Source: Anaeromyxobacteraceae bacterium (lineage in GTDB: Bacteria; Myxococcota; Myxococcia; Myxococcales; Anaeromyxobacteraceae). Taken from it: a DNA stretch of 64,000 bases. The stretch lies in the NCBI GenBank assembly GCA_047602405.1, contig JASGHJ010000001.1, positions 1,600,001-1,664,000 of the forward strand, given 5' to 3'. The position numbers were made by a program, and so were the translations under genes. The notes under the pieces were generated by a model, which was given only the letters and a program-made list of their open reading frames with translations, was not told the origin of the DNA and did not search any database. Shown here one piece after another: positions 1 through 10,700 of this stretch. How positions within the stretch are numbered: position 1 is the stretch's first letter; the number at the start of each line of letters is the position of its first letter.

Positions 1-1
1 C

Positions 2-277
2 GTAGTCGGAGAGGGCGGCCTCGCCGCCGGCCGCGTCGAGGTCGGGCAGCGCGGCGAGCGCCACGTAGACCGGGTCGAGCGCGAACGCGGAGAGCGCGCC
101 GTACGGCGAGTCCTGCCCGCGCGACGCCTCGTTGACCGGGAGCACCTGCAGCATCGAGAAGCCGGCCCCGGCGGCCCAGCGGGCGAAGGGCACGAGGTCG
201 GGGATCTCGCCGACGCCGGCGTCGGTCGCGGAGCGGAGGGAGAAGAGCGGGATGAGGACGCCGGCCTGACGTGGCAT
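2..277 (-). CDS. malQ: 4-alpha-glucanotransferase (amylomaltase, GH77), N-terminal part; runs off the window edge
   Basis: Manual translation from ATG at 277: MPRQAGVLIPLFSLRSATDAGVGEIPDL...MLQVLPVN...DSPYGALSAFALDPVYV, a typical GH77 N-terminus. Confidence 0.85.
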   Translation of the reverse strand, partial: MPRQAGVLIPLFSLRSATDAGVGEIPDLVPFARWAAGAGFSMLQVLPVNEASRGQDSPYGALSAFALDPVYVALAALPDLDAAGGEAALSDY

Positions 278-384
278 GTGACCCTGGTGCTCCTGCAAGG
301 CGGCGGCCCGGATGCCGGGCTTGTCTCCGCCGAGGTTGCCGGCATTATCAGCCCTCCAGCCCATCCGGCACCACTCGTTCGGGT

Positions 385-1356
385 ATGAGTCAGACGTCAC
401 GCGGTCGTTTCGCCCCGTCGCCGACGGGACCCCTCCACCTCGGGAACGCCCGCACGGCGCTCCTGTCGTGGCTCGACGCGCGCGCGCGCGGCGGGCTCTA
501 CGCCATGCGGGTGGAGGATCTCGACGGCCCGCGGGTGCGGCCCGGGCTCGAGGCCCGCATCCTCGCGGAGCTGCGCTGGCTCGGGCTGGACTGGGACGAG
601 GGGCCGGACGTGGGCGGCACCGCGGCGCCCTACCGGCAGTCGCAGCGGACCGGGCGCTACGAGGAGGCCCTGGACCGGCTGCGCGCGGCGGGGCGCGCGT
701 ACCCGTGCTTCTGCTCGCGCGCCGAGATCGCGCTCGCGAGCCAGGCGCCGCACGGCCCCTCCGACGAGGGGCCACGCTACCCGGGCACCTGCAGCCGGCT
801 CGGGCCGGAGGAGGTCCGGGCCCGCTCCGCGTCCCGCCGGCCGGCGTGGCGGCTCCGCGCTCCGGAGGGCGAGGTGGCGTTCGAGGACGGCGTCCACGGG
901 CCGCAGCGGTTCGACGTCTCCTCGACGGTGGGCGACTTCGTCGTCATGCGGGCGGACGGTGTCGCCGCGTACCAGCTCGCGGTCGCGGTGGACGACGCGG
1001 CGATGGAGGTGACGGACGTCGTGCGCGGCGACGACCTCCTCGCGTCGACCGCGCGCCAGCTCCTCGTGCTGCGCGCGCTGGGCCTGCCGGCGCCGCGGTA
1101 CGGCCACGTGCCGCTCCTCCTCGGGGAGGACGGGCAGCGGCTCGCGAAGCGGCACGGGGCGCGCTCGCTCGGGGAGCTGCGGGAGGCGGGCGCGGATCCA
1201 CGCGCGGTGGTGGGCGTGCTCGCGGCCTCGGCCGGGCTCGCGGAGCCCGGCGCGCGCCTCTGGCCGTCCGAGCTCGTGGCCGGCTTCTCGCTGGCGCGGC
1301 TCGACCGGGCCGCCGCCGTGCTGCGCACCGCCGACGTCGAGGCGCTCGTGAGGTAG
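385..1356 (+). CDS. gluQ: tRNA glutamyl-Q(34) synthetase GluQRS
   Basis: GRFAPSPTGPLHLGN (HIGH-like), YPCFCSR, VVRGDDL and RLAKR motifs; no anticodon-binding domain; start trimmed to ATG 385. Confidence 0.9.
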   Translation: MSQTSRGRFAPSPTGPLHLGNARTALLSWLDARARGGLYAMRVEDLDGPRVRPGLEARILAELRWLGLDWDEGPDVGGTAAPYRQSQRTGRYEEALDRLRAAGRAYPCFCSRAEIALASQAPHGPSDEGPRYPGTCSRLGPEEVRARSASRRPAWRLRAPEGEVAFEDGVHGPQRFDVSSTVGDFVVMRADGVAAYQLAVAVDDAAMEVTDVVRGDDLLASTARQLLVLRALGLPAPRYGHVPLLLGEDGQRLAKRHGARSLGELREAGADPRAVVGVLAASAGLAEPGARLWPSELVAGFSLARLDRAAAVLRTADVEALVR

Positions 1357-1369
1357 AGTCGACGCCCCG

Positions 1370-1951
1370 ATGGCGCTCCTCCGCTCGAAGACCCCGGACG
1401 GCTGGCTCGACGTCGCGCTCGGCGCGATGGACCTCACGCTCTCCGACCACGCCCACCTCGAGAAGAAGGCCGCCGCGAGCGCGCTGAAGCTCGTCGCCGA
1501 CCACCCGGACCGGCCCGGCCTCGTGCGCCCGCTCGCGAAGCTCGCGCAGGAGGAGCTGCAGCACTTCCTCGCGGTGCTGACCGAGCTCGGCCGCCTCGGG
1601 CACCCGCTCCGGCCGGACGAGGGCGATCCCTACGCCCAGCAGCTCCGCCGGCTCGTGCGGAGCGGCGGCGTGGAGCGGCTCGTGGATCGGCTGCTCGTGG
1701 GCGCGCTCATCGAGGCGCGCAGCTGCGAGCGGCTGTTCCTGCTCGCGGAGGGGCTCGCGCGGCCGGGCGGCGATCCCCGGCTCGCCGAGCTCTACGACCG
1801 GCTCGCGCGGAGCGAGGGCGGGCACGAGACGCTGTTCCTGGATCTCGCGCGCGAGGTCGGCGGCGCGGCGGTCGACGCGCGCGCCGACGCGATGGCGGAG
1901 GCGGAGGCGGCGATCGCGGCGGAGCTGCCGGTCCTCGCGAGGATCCACTGA
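1370..1951 (+). CDS. miaE: tRNA isopentenyl-2-thiomethyl-A37 hydroxylase
   Basis: DHAHLEKKAA, EELQHF, LIEARSCERL and SEGGH di-iron motifs. Confidence 0.9.
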   Translation: MALLRSKTPDGWLDVALGAMDLTLSDHAHLEKKAAASALKLVADHPDRPGLVRPLAKLAQEELQHFLAVLTELGRLGHPLRPDEGDPYAQQLRRLVRSGGVERLVDRLLVGALIEARSCERLFLLAEGLARPGGDPRLAELYDRLARSEGGHETLFLDLAREVGGAAVDARADAMAEAEAAIAAELPVLARIH

Positions 1952-1956
1952 CTCCC

Positions 1957-2006
1957 TCCCTCGTCTCCGGCCCGCCTGCGGCGGGCCTACGCTCGCGATG
2001 AGCGGA
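1957..2006 (+). repeat. REP-like palindromic repeat copy; supplies the MCP stop codon
   Basis: tccctcgtctccggcccgc...gcgggcctacgctcgcgatgagcgg matches the copies at 8985, 31265 and 36538. Confidence 0.75.
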
Positions 2007-4605
2007 CGAGGGAGTCGGACGCGTCGTGTTCCTCGAACGCGGTCGGGTGCGGGAGCGCGGGCTGCCCGGGCGCCGCCTCGTCGCCGAGCTTGAACTGGTT
2101 CACGAGCTCCTGGAGCGTCGCGGCCTGCGAGGACAGCTCGGCGGCGGCGGAGGAGGACTCCTCGGCGGACGCGGCGTTCTGCTGGGTCACCTTGTCCATC
2201 TCGAGGACCGACCGGCCGACCGCGGCCACGCCCTTCGCCTGGTCGCCCGTGGCGGCCGCGATCTTCTCGACGAGGCCGGTCACCTCGCCCACGCCGCTCA
2301 CGATGCGGCCGAGCCGCTCGCCGACCAGCTTCGAGGCGGCGTCGCCCGCGTTCGCGTGCTGCACCGACTCCTCGATGAGCTGGGAGGTGTGGCGCGCGGC
2401 GGTCTTCGCGCGCAGGGCGAGGTTGCGCACCTCCTCGGCGACGACCGCGAAGCCGCGGCCGGCCTCGCCGGCCCGGGCGGCCTCCACGGCGGCGTTGAGC
2501 GCGAGGAGGTTCGTCTGGAAGGCGATGTCGTCGATGTCGCGGATGATCCGGCGCGTGCCGTCCGCGCCGGTGCGGATCTTCTCCATCACCGCCTGCATCT
2601 CGGACATGGCGGACGCGCCCTCGGTCGCGTGCTCGCGCGCGGCGCGCACGAGGCCGTTCGCGCTGGCGGCGCTCGCGGCGGACTCCCGGGTCGAGCGCTC
2701 CACCGAGGACACCGTGGTGGTGGTCTCCTCGAGCGCCGCGGCCTGCTGGGACGCGCCCGCGGCGACCGCCTGCGAGGAGGAGGCGATCTGGGCGGCGGCG
2801 CCGTTCACCTGCGAGGCGGCGTCCGCGACCTTGCGGATGGCGAGCTGGAGGGCCTCCGCGGTGGAGTTCACCGCGCCGGAGAGCCGGGCGTGGTCGCCCA
2901 TGAAGAAGCCCTCGACGCGGGCCGTGAGGTCGTGCTTCGCGACGCGCTCGAGCGCCTCGGTGGCGGCCGTGCTGGTGGACGTGACGCCGTCGAGGACGCT
3001 GTTCATGCCGTCGATGATGGCGCGGTAGTCGCCCGCGTGCCGGGACGGGTCGGCGCGCTGCGAGAGCATGCCGAGCTCGGCGGCGCTCGCGAGGTTCGAG
3101 ACGTCCTCGAGGAGGCGGCCGATGGCGTCGCCGCTCGCGATGAGGCCTTCCTTGAGCGGCGCGAGGTCTCCCCGGAACTCGATGTCGAGCGGCGGCGGGC
3201 GCACGCCGTGGCCGAGCGACTCGACGAAGCGGGTCGCGGCGACGGTGGGGCCGGCGAGGGCCTCGAGGGCGCCGTTCATGCCCTCGACGATGGCGCGGTA
3301 GTCGCCGGGGTGGCGCGTGGCGTCGGCGCGCACGTCGAGCCGCCCCTCGCGCGCGGCCTCGGCGAGGTGCCCCGCGTCGTCGACGAGCGCCTCGAGCGAG
3401 TCGATGCACCGGTCGAGGTTGGCCTTCAGCTCCGCGAAGTCGCCGCGCCAGGCGGTGGCGGTCGCGGCGGGGATCCGCCCCGCGGCGAGCTCGGCGACCG
3501 CGGCGGCGGAGGCCTGGATGGGGCCGACGACCGCGTCCAGCGTGTCGTTGACGCCCTTCACGATGCGGCGGAAGTCGCCCTGGTGGCGCGAGATGTCGGC
3601 GCGCACGGAGAGGCGGCCCTCGACGCCCGCGGCGGCCAGCACCGTGGAGTCCTCCACGAGGTGGTTCACCGCGTCGATGCAGCGGTTGAGCGAGGCGCGG
3701 ATCTCGTCGAAGTCGCCCGGGTACGGCTCCTCGATGCGCCCGGGCACGTCGCCGCGGGAGAGCCGGTCCAGGCTCGCCCCCGCCAGGTAGAGCGGCTCGA
3801 CGAACGCGTCGAGCGCCGCGTTCTGGTCCTGGATGGCGGACCTGAAGTCGGGGTGGACCTTCTCCGGGTCGGCGCGTTCGCCGAGCCGGCCGGCGGCGAT
3901 GGCCTCGGCCGCGCTGCGGCTCGCCTGCGAGATGCCCGTCACCGCGTCGGAGACAATCCGCGAGAGGCGCCAGGCGACGAAGCCGGCGAACCCGCCGAGG
4001 AGCACGAGGCCGGCGAGCATCACGAACGCGCTCGCGACGAGCGTCCGGCGCGCCTCCGCCTCGAGCTCGGACGCGCGCGCCTCGAGGAGGTTCACGAGCC
4101 TGTCCGAGGCGGTGCGGTGCTGCGCGTAGGCGGCCTTCGCGGCGTCGAGGGCCGCGAGCGCCTTCATCGCGTCGGAGTCCTCCATCGCCTTCGCGAGGTC
4201 GCCGCTCTTCGCGAAGACCACCGCGGCCGGCGCGTGGGCGGCCTCGAGCGCGGCGGCGAGCTCGGGATCGAGCCCGGTGGAGCGCCAGTGCGCCACGGCG
4301 TCCTCGTGGGCCTTCCGCTGGCGGCCGATGGACTCGACGATGACCGCGCGCTTCGCGCCGTCGTACTCCTGCGCGAGCTTCAGCAGCTCACCCTGCGTCT
4401 CGAGCGCGTACAGCGGCGGGGGCACCACGTCGGCGAGGAAGTCCTTCGACGCGATGACGCGCCCGTACAGCGCGCCGCCCACGGCCACCCGCAGGGCGGG
4501 CACGTAGACCATGACCGCGGCGGCGAGCATGCCGCCGACGACCAGGAGGGCGAGCGCCTGGACGGCACGCGCGAGGGAGAGACGGTCGAGAAGGGTGAGG
4601 CGCAT
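1987..4605 (-). CDS. Methyl-accepting chemotaxis protein with tandem HAMP domains
   Basis: Two TM segments, repeated HAMP-like units, and [34 protein letters not shown] signalling motif. Confidence 0.92.
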   Translation of the reverse strand: MRLTLLDRLSLARAVQALALLVVGGMLAAAVMVYVPALRVAVGGALYGRVIASKDFLADVVPPPLYALETQGELLKLAQEYDGAKRAVIVESIGRQRKAHEDAVAHWRSTGLDPELAAALEAAHAPAAVVFAKSGDLAKAMEDSDAMKALAALDAAKAAYAQHRTASDRLVNLLEARASELEAEARRTLVASAFVMLAGLVLLGGFAGFVAWRLSRIVSDAVTGISQASRSAAEAIAAGRLGERADPEKVHPDFRSAIQDQNAALDAFVEPLYLAGASLDRLSRGDVPGRIEEPYPGDFDEIRASLNRCIDAVNHLVEDSTVLAAAGVEGRLSVRADISRHQGDFRRIVKGVNDTLDAVVGPIQASAAAVAELAAGRIPAATATAWRGDFAELKANLDRCIDSLEALVDDAGHLAEAAREGRLDVRADATRHPGDYRAIVEGMNGALEALAGPTVAATRFVESLGHGVRPPPLDIEFRGDLAPLKEGLIASGDAIGRLLEDVSNLASAAELGMLSQRADPSRHAGDYRAIIDGMNSVLDGVTSTSTAATEALERVAKHDLTARVEGFFMGDHARLSGAVNSTAEALQLAIRKVADAASQVNGAAAQIASSSQAVAAGASQQAAALEETTTTVSSVERSTRESAASAASANGLVRAAREHATEGASAMSEMQAVMEKIRTGADGTRRIIRDIDDIAFQTNLLALNAAVEAARAGEAGRGFAVVAEEVRNLALRAKTAARHTSQLIEESVQHANAGDAASKLVGERLGRIVSGVGEVTGLVEKIAAATGDQAKGVAAVGRSVLEMDKVTQQNAASAEESSSAAAELSSQAATLQELVNQFKLGDEAAPGQPALPHPTAFEEHDASDSLVRSSRA

Positions 4606-4736
4606 GGGGGGGCCGAGACCTCCACCCCCCGCGATCGCACGAACCCTGCCAGCCCAGGTGGGACTCAACTCCGCGTAACTGTGCCCCGTTTACTGGGAGG
4701 GCGCGGGTCCCCGGGACCCCGGGGTGCCCCGCGCGC

Positions 4737-7433
4737 CTAGCGGACCGGCCTCCCGTCGCCATCGAGCAGCGCAGGCACGGGAAATCCGGCCTTCTCCAGC
4801 TGCGGCAGGATGACCTTCCGGTCCCCCACGAGCACGATGGTCATTCCATCGAGCGCAAACGTGCCGTCCTTGGCCGTGGCGGCCGCCTTCGCCGCGTCGA
4901 TCGCCGAGAGCGCCTCGGCGTCGCGCCGGAGCGCGTCGGGCGGGTGGCCGTTCATCGCCTCGCGCGCGAGCAGCTCGCCGAGGCCCTGCGTGGTCTGCGC
5001 CTGCTCGACCATGCGGAACCGGAGGCTCTCCCGCACCTTCAGGAGCTCCGGCTCGGGGAGCCCCGCCGCGAGCGCGCCGAGCTCCTTCTTGATCTCGAGG
5101 AGCGCCGGCCCGGTCACCTCGGTCTGCACCGAGGTCGAGACGACGAAGGTGGTCTGGAGCCCGTCCTCGAGGACGCGGCTGCTTGCACCGTACGTGTACC
5201 CGTTCTTCTCGCGCAGGTTCTGGTTGAGGCGCGAGGTGAACGAGCCGCCGAGCGCGGTGTTGACCGCCTCGCGGGTGAGGCGCGCCACGTCGTCGGCGCG
5301 CGCGACGGGGCGGGCGAGCTGGATCACCGTCTGCGGCGCGCCGGGCCGGTCCACGAGGAACCAGCGCCCACCCCGCGTGGCCGTGATCGGCGCCGGCGCC
5401 GCCGCGGCCGCGGGGCCGCGCGCCTGCCACCTCCCGAAGCGGGCCTCGAGCGCCGCCTTCACCGCCGCGGCCTCGACGTCGCCCACCACCACGATCACCG
5501 CGCCGCGCGGGTCGAGGAGCCGCGGGGCGAGCGTGCGGACGTCGGCGGGCGTGGCCGAGGCGAGCGTCCGCGCGTAGCCGTCGGTGGGACGGCCGCGGTA
5601 GTCCTCCGGGCCGTAGAGCGTCGCCGCGGTCGCGACCGCGGCCACGGCGCGCGGCTCGGCCGCGCGGGCCTCGGCGCGGCTGCGGGCGAGGTCGAGCTCG
5701 CGCTCCACGTCGGCCTGCGCGAGGTTGGGGCGGAGGACCGCGTCGGCGACGAGGTCCAGGGTCGGGCCGAGCTTCGCCGCGAGGCCGACGAACGAGAGGT
5801 CGATCGCGTTGCGGGTGGCCCTCGCCTCCGCCTGCGCGCCGAGCGTGCGGATGGCGTCGGCCCACTCGGGCGCGCTCTTCCCGCCCGCGCCGGAGACGAG
5901 GAGCGCGGCGACGACCGAGGCGAGGCCGGACTTCTCGGCCGGCACGAGCCGCTCGCCGCCGGCCGCGAGGACGTGGCCGGAGACGAGCCCGCTCCCGGGC
6001 TGCCGCACGATCCGCACCTCGACGCCGTTCGAGAGCTTCGCGACCTCCGGCGCCGGGGCGGTGAACCTGCCGGGCGCGAGGTCGGCGGGGCGCTGGTCCG
6101 GGATGGCGGCCGCGACGTCGGAGGCCGGGAGCACGCGCAGGTCGAGGCGCCCCTCGCCGAGCGAGCGCGCCGCGTCCTTCACGCCCGCCGCGGTCGCGCC
6201 GGTGTAGCGGGCGAGGTCGCGGTCGAACGCGTCGGGCTCGCCGAAGAACGCCAGGTACTGGTTCATCCGGTCCGCGCGCCGCAGGAGCTGCTCCTTCTCC
6301 ACGCGGAACCGGGTCTCCATGCCCGCCTTCACGCGGGTGACCTCGGCCGGGGTCGGGCCCTTCGCCGCGAGCTCGGCGACCACCGCGAGCGTCTCGCGCT
6401 TCACGCGCTCGAGGTCCGCGCCCGGGACGCCCGTCACGTCGATGCGGAACCGCGACTGGAGGAGGTTCTCCTCGAACGTGGCGCTCACCTCGGTCGCGAG
6501 CCGGAGCTCCTGCACGAGCCGGCGGTCCAGGCGGGAGGAGGGCCCCTCGGAGAGGATGAGCGAGAGGAGATCACGCTCGGCGGTGCCCGGCGCGAACTGC
6601 GGCGGGCCGTGCCAGACGAGCGTCAGGCGGGGGAGCTCCACCTTGTCGGAGACCACCCGGCGGATCTCGTGGTCGAGCGCGACGGGCGCGGGGCGCGGGT
6701 GCGTCGGCGCGGCCCGGTTCGGGACCGCGCCGAACATCGCCTCGACCATCGGGCGGACCTTCTCCGGATCGAAGTCGCCGGCCACGACGAGCGTCGCGTT
6801 CGCGGGCACGTAGTGCTGGCGGAAGAACGCGGCGACGTCCTCCACGGAGGCGGCCTGGAGGTCGGCGTGCGAGCCGATGACCGGGTGGTGGTAGGGGTGG
6901 CCCTCCGGGTACATCACGTCGGGGATGACGAGCTCGGAGGCGCCGTACGGCGTGTTCTCGTACGACTGGCGCCGCTCGTTCCGCACCACGTCCCGCTGGA
7001 GGTCCACCTTCTCCTTCGTCATCGCCTGGTCGAGCGTGGCGAACCGGTCCGCGTCGAGCCAGAGCAGGGTGGGCAGGAGCGACGAGGGGCCGAAGGAGTA
7101 GTAGTTCGTCCGGTCCTCGGTCGTGGAGGCGTTGTTGGCGCCGCCGCCGCCCTCCATGATCACGTCGAACTGGTTCCCCTGCACGCGCTTCGTGCCCATG
7201 AACATCAGGTGCTCGAAGAGGTGCGCGAAGCCCGTGCGCCCGGGCACCTCGTCCTTCGAGCCGACGTGGAACCAGGTGTTCACGACGACCTGGGGCAGCC
7301 GGTGGTCCGGGTGGAGCACGACCGTCAGGCCGTTCGGCAGCGTGAAGGTCTGGAGCTCGAGCCTGGCCGGGGTGGGTGCGCCGGACGGCGCAGGGGCGAG
7401 CAGCGTGACGGCGAGTGCGAGCGGTGCGAGCAC
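4737..7433 (-). CDS. M16 family zinc peptidase (pitrilysin-like, fused two-domain), secreted
   Basis: GFAHLFEHLMF inverted HxxEH motif; signal peptide after GTG 7433 with GGAGG RBS. Confidence 0.9.
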   Translation of the reverse strand: MLAPLALAVTLLAPAPSGAPTPARLELQTFTLPNGLTVVLHPDHRLPQVVVNTWFHVGSKDEVPGRTGFAHLFEHLMFMGTKRVQGNQFDVIMEGGGGANNASTTEDRTNYYSFGPSSLLPTLLWLDADRFATLDQAMTKEKVDLQRDVVRNERRQSYENTPYGASELVIPDVMYPEGHPYHHPVIGSHADLQAASVEDVAAFFRQHYVPANATLVVAGDFDPEKVRPMVEAMFGAVPNRAAPTHPRPAPVALDHEIRRVVSDKVELPRLTLVWHGPPQFAPGTAERDLLSLILSEGPSSRLDRRLVQELRLATEVSATFEENLLQSRFRIDVTGVPGADLERVKRETLAVVAELAAKGPTPAEVTRVKAGMETRFRVEKEQLLRRADRMNQYLAFFGEPDAFDRDLARYTGATAAGVKDAARSLGEGRLDLRVLPASDVAAAIPDQRPADLAPGRFTAPAPEVAKLSNGVEVRIVRQPGSGLVSGHVLAAGGERLVPAEKSGLASVVAALLVSGAGGKSAPEWADAIRTLGAQAEARATRNAIDLSFVGLAAKLGPTLDLVADAVLRPNLAQADVERELDLARSRAEARAAEPRAVAAVATAATLYGPEDYRGRPTDGYARTLASATPADVRTLAPRLLDPRGAVIVVVGDVEAAAVKAALEARFGRWQARGPAAAAAPAPITATRGGRWFLVDRPGAPQTVIQLARPVARADDVARLTREAVNTALGGSFTSRLNQNLREKNGYTYGASSRVLEDGLQTTFVVSTSVQTEVTGPALLEIKKELGALAAGLPEPELLKVRESLRFRMVEQAQTTQGLGELLAREAMNGHPPDALRRDAEALSAIDAAKAAATAKDGTFALDGMTIVLVGDRKVILPQLEKAGFPVPALLDGDGRPVR

Positions 7434-7499
7434 ATGACCTCCGGACGGGGGACAGGGCGGGGCGCCGCTACAGGGAGTGCGGCCGGCCCGCGACGTGAC

Positions 7500-7622
7500 A
7501 TGGTAAAGGACGGCGTGCGCCAGCGCCTCGCATTCCTCGCCGCCGCCGCCGTGGGGCTCTTCCTCCTCGTGGCCGCCGCGCTCTTCGCCCTCTCCAGGGC
7601 CCTGGGGCCTCACCAGCCGTGA
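7500..7622 (+). CDS. Putative 40-aa single-TM small protein coupled to the ferric-reductase-like gene
   Basis: MVKDGVRQRLAFLAAAAVGLFLLVAAALFALSRALGPHQP; its stop overlaps the next start (GTGA). Confidence 0.5.
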   Translation: MVKDGVRQRLAFLAAAAVGLFLLVAAALFALSRALGPHQP

Positions 7623-8977
7623 CGCAGCCGCCGAAGCCCCACATCACCGTCGAGGCCCGCGACTTCACCCGCTCCGCACTGTGGGTCGCGCTCTACGTCC
7701 TCCTCGCGCTCTACCCGCTCCTGTGGCTCGCGGCGGTGCCCGTGCCACGCGGCGCGACGTTCCGCGACGACCTCGGCGGCGCGCTCGGCTTCCTCGCGCT
7801 CTCGATGATGGCGATGCAGTTCCTGCTCACCGCCCGCTTCACCTGGCTCGCGCCTCCGTTCGGGACCGACCTCGTCTACGCGTTCCACCGGCACATCACC
7901 GCCGCGATGGTCGCGTTCGCGGTGCTCCACCCGCTCGTGCTCCTCGGCGGCGAGTTCTGGACCTGGTGGGAGCTGCTCCTGCCGTGGGAGGCGCCCTGGG
8001 AGATGGGCGCGGGCGTGATCTCGCTCTACGCGCTCCTCGTGGTGTCGCTCACGAGCTGGTTCCGCAAGCGCTGGAAGCTCCCGTACGACGGCTGGCGGAA
8101 GGTGCACGGTATCCTCGCCACGGTGGCGGTCGTGCTCGGGCTCTGGCACGGGCTCGCCGCGCAGCGCCTCCTCGAGGCGCCGGTCGTCCGCTGGCTGTGG
8201 CTCCTCTGGACGCTCGCCTGGGCCGCGCTGATCCTCCGCGTGCGCATGGCGAAGCCGCTCACGCTGCTGCGCCGGCCGTACGTCGTCCACGAGGTCCGGC
8301 CCGAGCCCGGCGACGCGGTCACGCTCGTGCTCGATCCGAACGGCCACCCGGGGTTCCGCTTCCGCTCGGGCCAGTTCGCGTGGCTCTCCGTCGGGAGCTC
8401 GCCCTTCGCCGCGGCCGAGCACCCGTTCTCGATCGCCTCCTCGAGCCAGCGCGCGCCGCGCATCGAGATGCTCATCAAGGCCGCCGGCGACTTCACCCGC
8501 GGCCTCGCCGAGCGCGTGAAGGAGGGCGATCGGGCCTACGTCGATGGGCCCTTCGGCACGATGAGCATCGACGCGGTGCCCGACGAGGACGGCTACTGCT
8601 TCATCGCGGGCGGCGTCGGGCTCGCGCCCTGCCTCTCGATGATCCGCACGCTGGCCGACCGGGGCGACCGCCGGCAGCACGCGCTCGTCTACGCGACCGT
8701 CGAGTGGGACAAGACCCCGCACATCGAGACGCTGAAGGCGCTCCAGGAGCGGCTCGCGCTGAAGGTCGTGCACGTGGTGGAGAAGCCCCCGCAGGGTTGG
8801 ACCGGCGAGTCGGGCTTCATCACCCAGGCGATGCTCGAGCGGGTGCTCCCGACCGGTGGCCGCCGCTCGTACTTCATCTGCGGCCCGCCCCGCATGATGG
8901 ACGTGGTGGAAAATGCGCTTGCACGGATGGGCGTCCCGCTCGGGCAGATCCACTCCGAGCGGTTCGACCTTGTTTGA
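7619..8977 (+). CDS. Ferric reductase-like TM domain plus FNR-type FAD/NAD(P)H-binding oxidoreductase
   Basis: Six TM helices with His residues, EHPFSIASS, IAGGVGLAP, FICGPPRMM and terminal HSERF. Confidence 0.85.
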   Translation: MTQPPKPHITVEARDFTRSALWVALYVLLALYPLLWLAAVPVPRGATFRDDLGGALGFLALSMMAMQFLLTARFTWLAPPFGTDLVYAFHRHITAAMVAFAVLHPLVLLGGEFWTWWELLLPWEAPWEMGAGVISLYALLVVSLTSWFRKRWKLPYDGWRKVHGILATVAVVLGLWHGLAAQRLLEAPVVRWLWLLWTLAWAALILRVRMAKPLTLLRRPYVVHEVRPEPGDAVTLVLDPNGHPGFRFRSGQFAWLSVGSSPFAAAEHPFSIASSSQRAPRIEMLIKAAGDFTRGLAERVKEGDRAYVDGPFGTMSIDAVPDEDGYCFIAGGVGLAPCLSMIRTLADRGDRRQHALVYATVEWDKTPHIETLKALQERLALKVVHVVEKPPQGWTGESGFITQAMLERVLPTGGRRSYFICGPPRMMDVVENALARMGVPLGQIHSERFDLV

Positions 8978-8984
8978 CGGGGGC

Positions 8985-9039
8985 GCTCGTCCCTCGACTC
9001 CGGCCCGCTGACGCGGGCCCTACGCTCGGGATGAACGGG
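8985..9039 (+). repeat. REP-like palindromic repeat copy
   Basis: gctcgtccctcgactccggcccgc-tgac-gcgggccctacgctcgggatgaacggg. Confidence 0.85.
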
Positions 9040-9042
9040 CCG

Positions 9043-9084
9043 CCCCCGCCCCGGCGAGGCGGCTCGCCGGGGCCCCACCCCCGG
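9043..9084. repeat. Second short palindromic repeat, also present at 23265-23307
   Basis: cccccgccccggcgaggcggctcgccggggccccacccccgg is nearly identical to 23265-23307. Confidence 0.65.
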
Positions 9085-9198
9085 CAGCAATCCCGTAACG
9101 CAGTGCACCGCCGGTGTACCCTGTCCGTGTCCTCGGGCGACGGGACCCCACCGTGCGTTGAAACACGCAACAGACCGTCTACTGTCGGGCGCTCGCGC

Positions 9199-9585
9199 AT
9201 GGAGACGCCCTCCCGCCCACCGCATCCGTTCGAAGACGGCCGGCTCTCCTACCTCCAGCTGCCGGCCGTCGACCTCGCCGTGTCGGCACGGTTCTACGCG
9301 GGCGTGTTCGGGTGGCGCTGCACGGGCGAGGGCGCGCGGCACCGCGCGTTCACGGACGCGACCGGCCACATGATCGGCGCCTTCATCACCGGGCGGCTGC
9401 CGACCGGCGCGCCCGGGATCCTGCCCTACGTCTACGTGCACGGCATCGACGCGGCGCTCGCGCGGGTGGTCGCGTACGGCGGCGAGGTGGTGCGCAGCCC
9501 GTACCCCGAGGGCGCGCTGTGGGCCGCCACCTTCCGGGATCCCGCCGGCAACGTGCTCGGCGTGTGGCAGCACGGGCCGCGGTAG
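9199..9585 (+). CDS. VOC/glyoxalase family protein
   Basis: LSYLQLPAVDLAVSARFYAGVFGW and ATFRDPAGNVLGVWQ. Confidence 0.85.
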   Translation: METPSRPPHPFEDGRLSYLQLPAVDLAVSARFYAGVFGWRCTGEGARHRAFTDATGHMIGAFITGRLPTGAPGILPYVYVHGIDAALARVVAYGGEVVRSPYPEGALWAATFRDPAGNVLGVWQHGPR

Positions 9586-9599
9586 GCCCGCGCCTCCCC

Positions 9600-10217
9600 T
9601 CAGAGCTTCCGGCCGGGAATCGCGAGCGGCTCCTCCGCGAGCGGCTTGCCGGTCCTGGGGTCGAGCACGCGGATCGCGAAGAAGTTCGCCGCAAGACCGC
9701 GCTGGTCGCCGAGGGTCCAGGGCTTCCTCGGCGTGAAGACGAGCTCCACGTCGACCGGGCCGGCCCGGAGCGCCGCCTCGAGCGCCGCGCGGTCGGCCGC
9801 GGCCGTGTCGGGGGGGAAGTAGACCTGCGTCTCGAGGTTGCGCGTCGCGGGCTCGCCGCCCTCCTCGATCGCCTCGGGCGTGCCGTGCGTCAGCGAGCCC
9901 TGCCCCGCCGGCACGCGCGAGGAGACGAGCAGGAAGAGCGCGTCGCCGCGGGGCAGGATCCGGACGAGGCCCGCGCCGGAGACGCGCGCGAGCTTCTGGT
10001 GGTCGTGGGAGGACGCGAGGAGCTTCGCGACGTCCCTCTGGCAGCGGGCCTTCGCGGCGGCGCTCCCGGCGCACGGCGTGGTGGCGCGCGCGACGTACGC
10101 GGCGAGGTCCGGCACGCGGGTGGCCTTGTCGAAGAACGACGCGAGGTCCCCGCCGCGGGCGGCGACGGGCAGGGCGAGGGCGAAGGCGGCGAGGAGCGGC
10201 GCGGCGAGACGGGGCAT
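9600..10217 (-). CDS. Secreted hypothetical protein
   Basis: Signal peptide (LALPVAA) and coding-like codon usage; no recognised motif. Confidence 0.65.
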   Translation of the reverse strand: MPRLAAPLLAAFALALPVAARGGDLASFFDKATRVPDLAAYVARATTPCAGSAAAKARCQRDVAKLLASSHDHQKLARVSGAGLVRILPRGDALFLLVSSRVPAGQGSLTHGTPEAIEEGGEPATRNLETQVYFPPDTAAADRAALEAALRAGPVDVELVFTPRKPWTLGDQRGLAANFFAIRVLDPRTGKPLAEEPLAIPGRKL

Positions 10218-10283
10218 GCGGCCTCCGGGCGGGAGGCCGTTCCATAGCGAGCGGGCGCCGGGTCCGCCAGCGCTCGGGACGGC

Positions 10284-10700
10284 TCAGGCCCCGATCACGT
10301 GGAAGCCGCTCGCGCGGGCGGCGGCCGCGAGCGCATGATCGTGCGTCGCGAAGTGAAGCGGCTCGTTCACCTCCCACCACGCCTGCGCCGAGACGAGGTG
10401 GATGGCATCGAGCGTGCCGAGGGCGACGGGCAACGGCTGCGAGGCGCGCATCAGGACGCTGCGGGTGAGCTCCACCACCTCGAGCTCCTCGAAGAGCCGG
10501 TAGGCCTCCTCGCGCCGCCGGGCGATGGCGCGGAAGTCCAGGGAGGGGGCGGCGAAGCGAAGACGATCGAGCGTGCGGAGGAGCTCGGTCTCCGTGAGCG
10601 CGCTCGTCACGGCGAGCTCGATCTCGTCCCACTCCTGGAGCGGGTCTCGTTCCCCGAGGAGACGGCGCACCAGCACCGAGGTGTCGAGGTAGGCCCTCAC
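10284..10700 (-). CDS. vapC: PIN-domain VapC toxin
   Basis: AYLDTSVLV, TSALTETE and LGTLDAIHLVSA...FATHD. Confidence 0.88.
   Translation of the reverse strand: MRAYLDTSVLVRRLLGERDPLQEWDEIELAVTSALTETELLRTLDRLRFAAPSLDFRAIARRREEAYRLFEELEVVELTRSVLMRASQPLPVALGTLDAIHLVSAQAWWEVNEPLHFATHDHALAAAARASGFHVIGA

Noticed and set aside
4670..9105. Recurrent GTAAC pentamer in intergenic regions (about 4675, 9096, 22855)
   Set aside because: Too short, with no consistent partner element or spacing, to call a promoter or operator.
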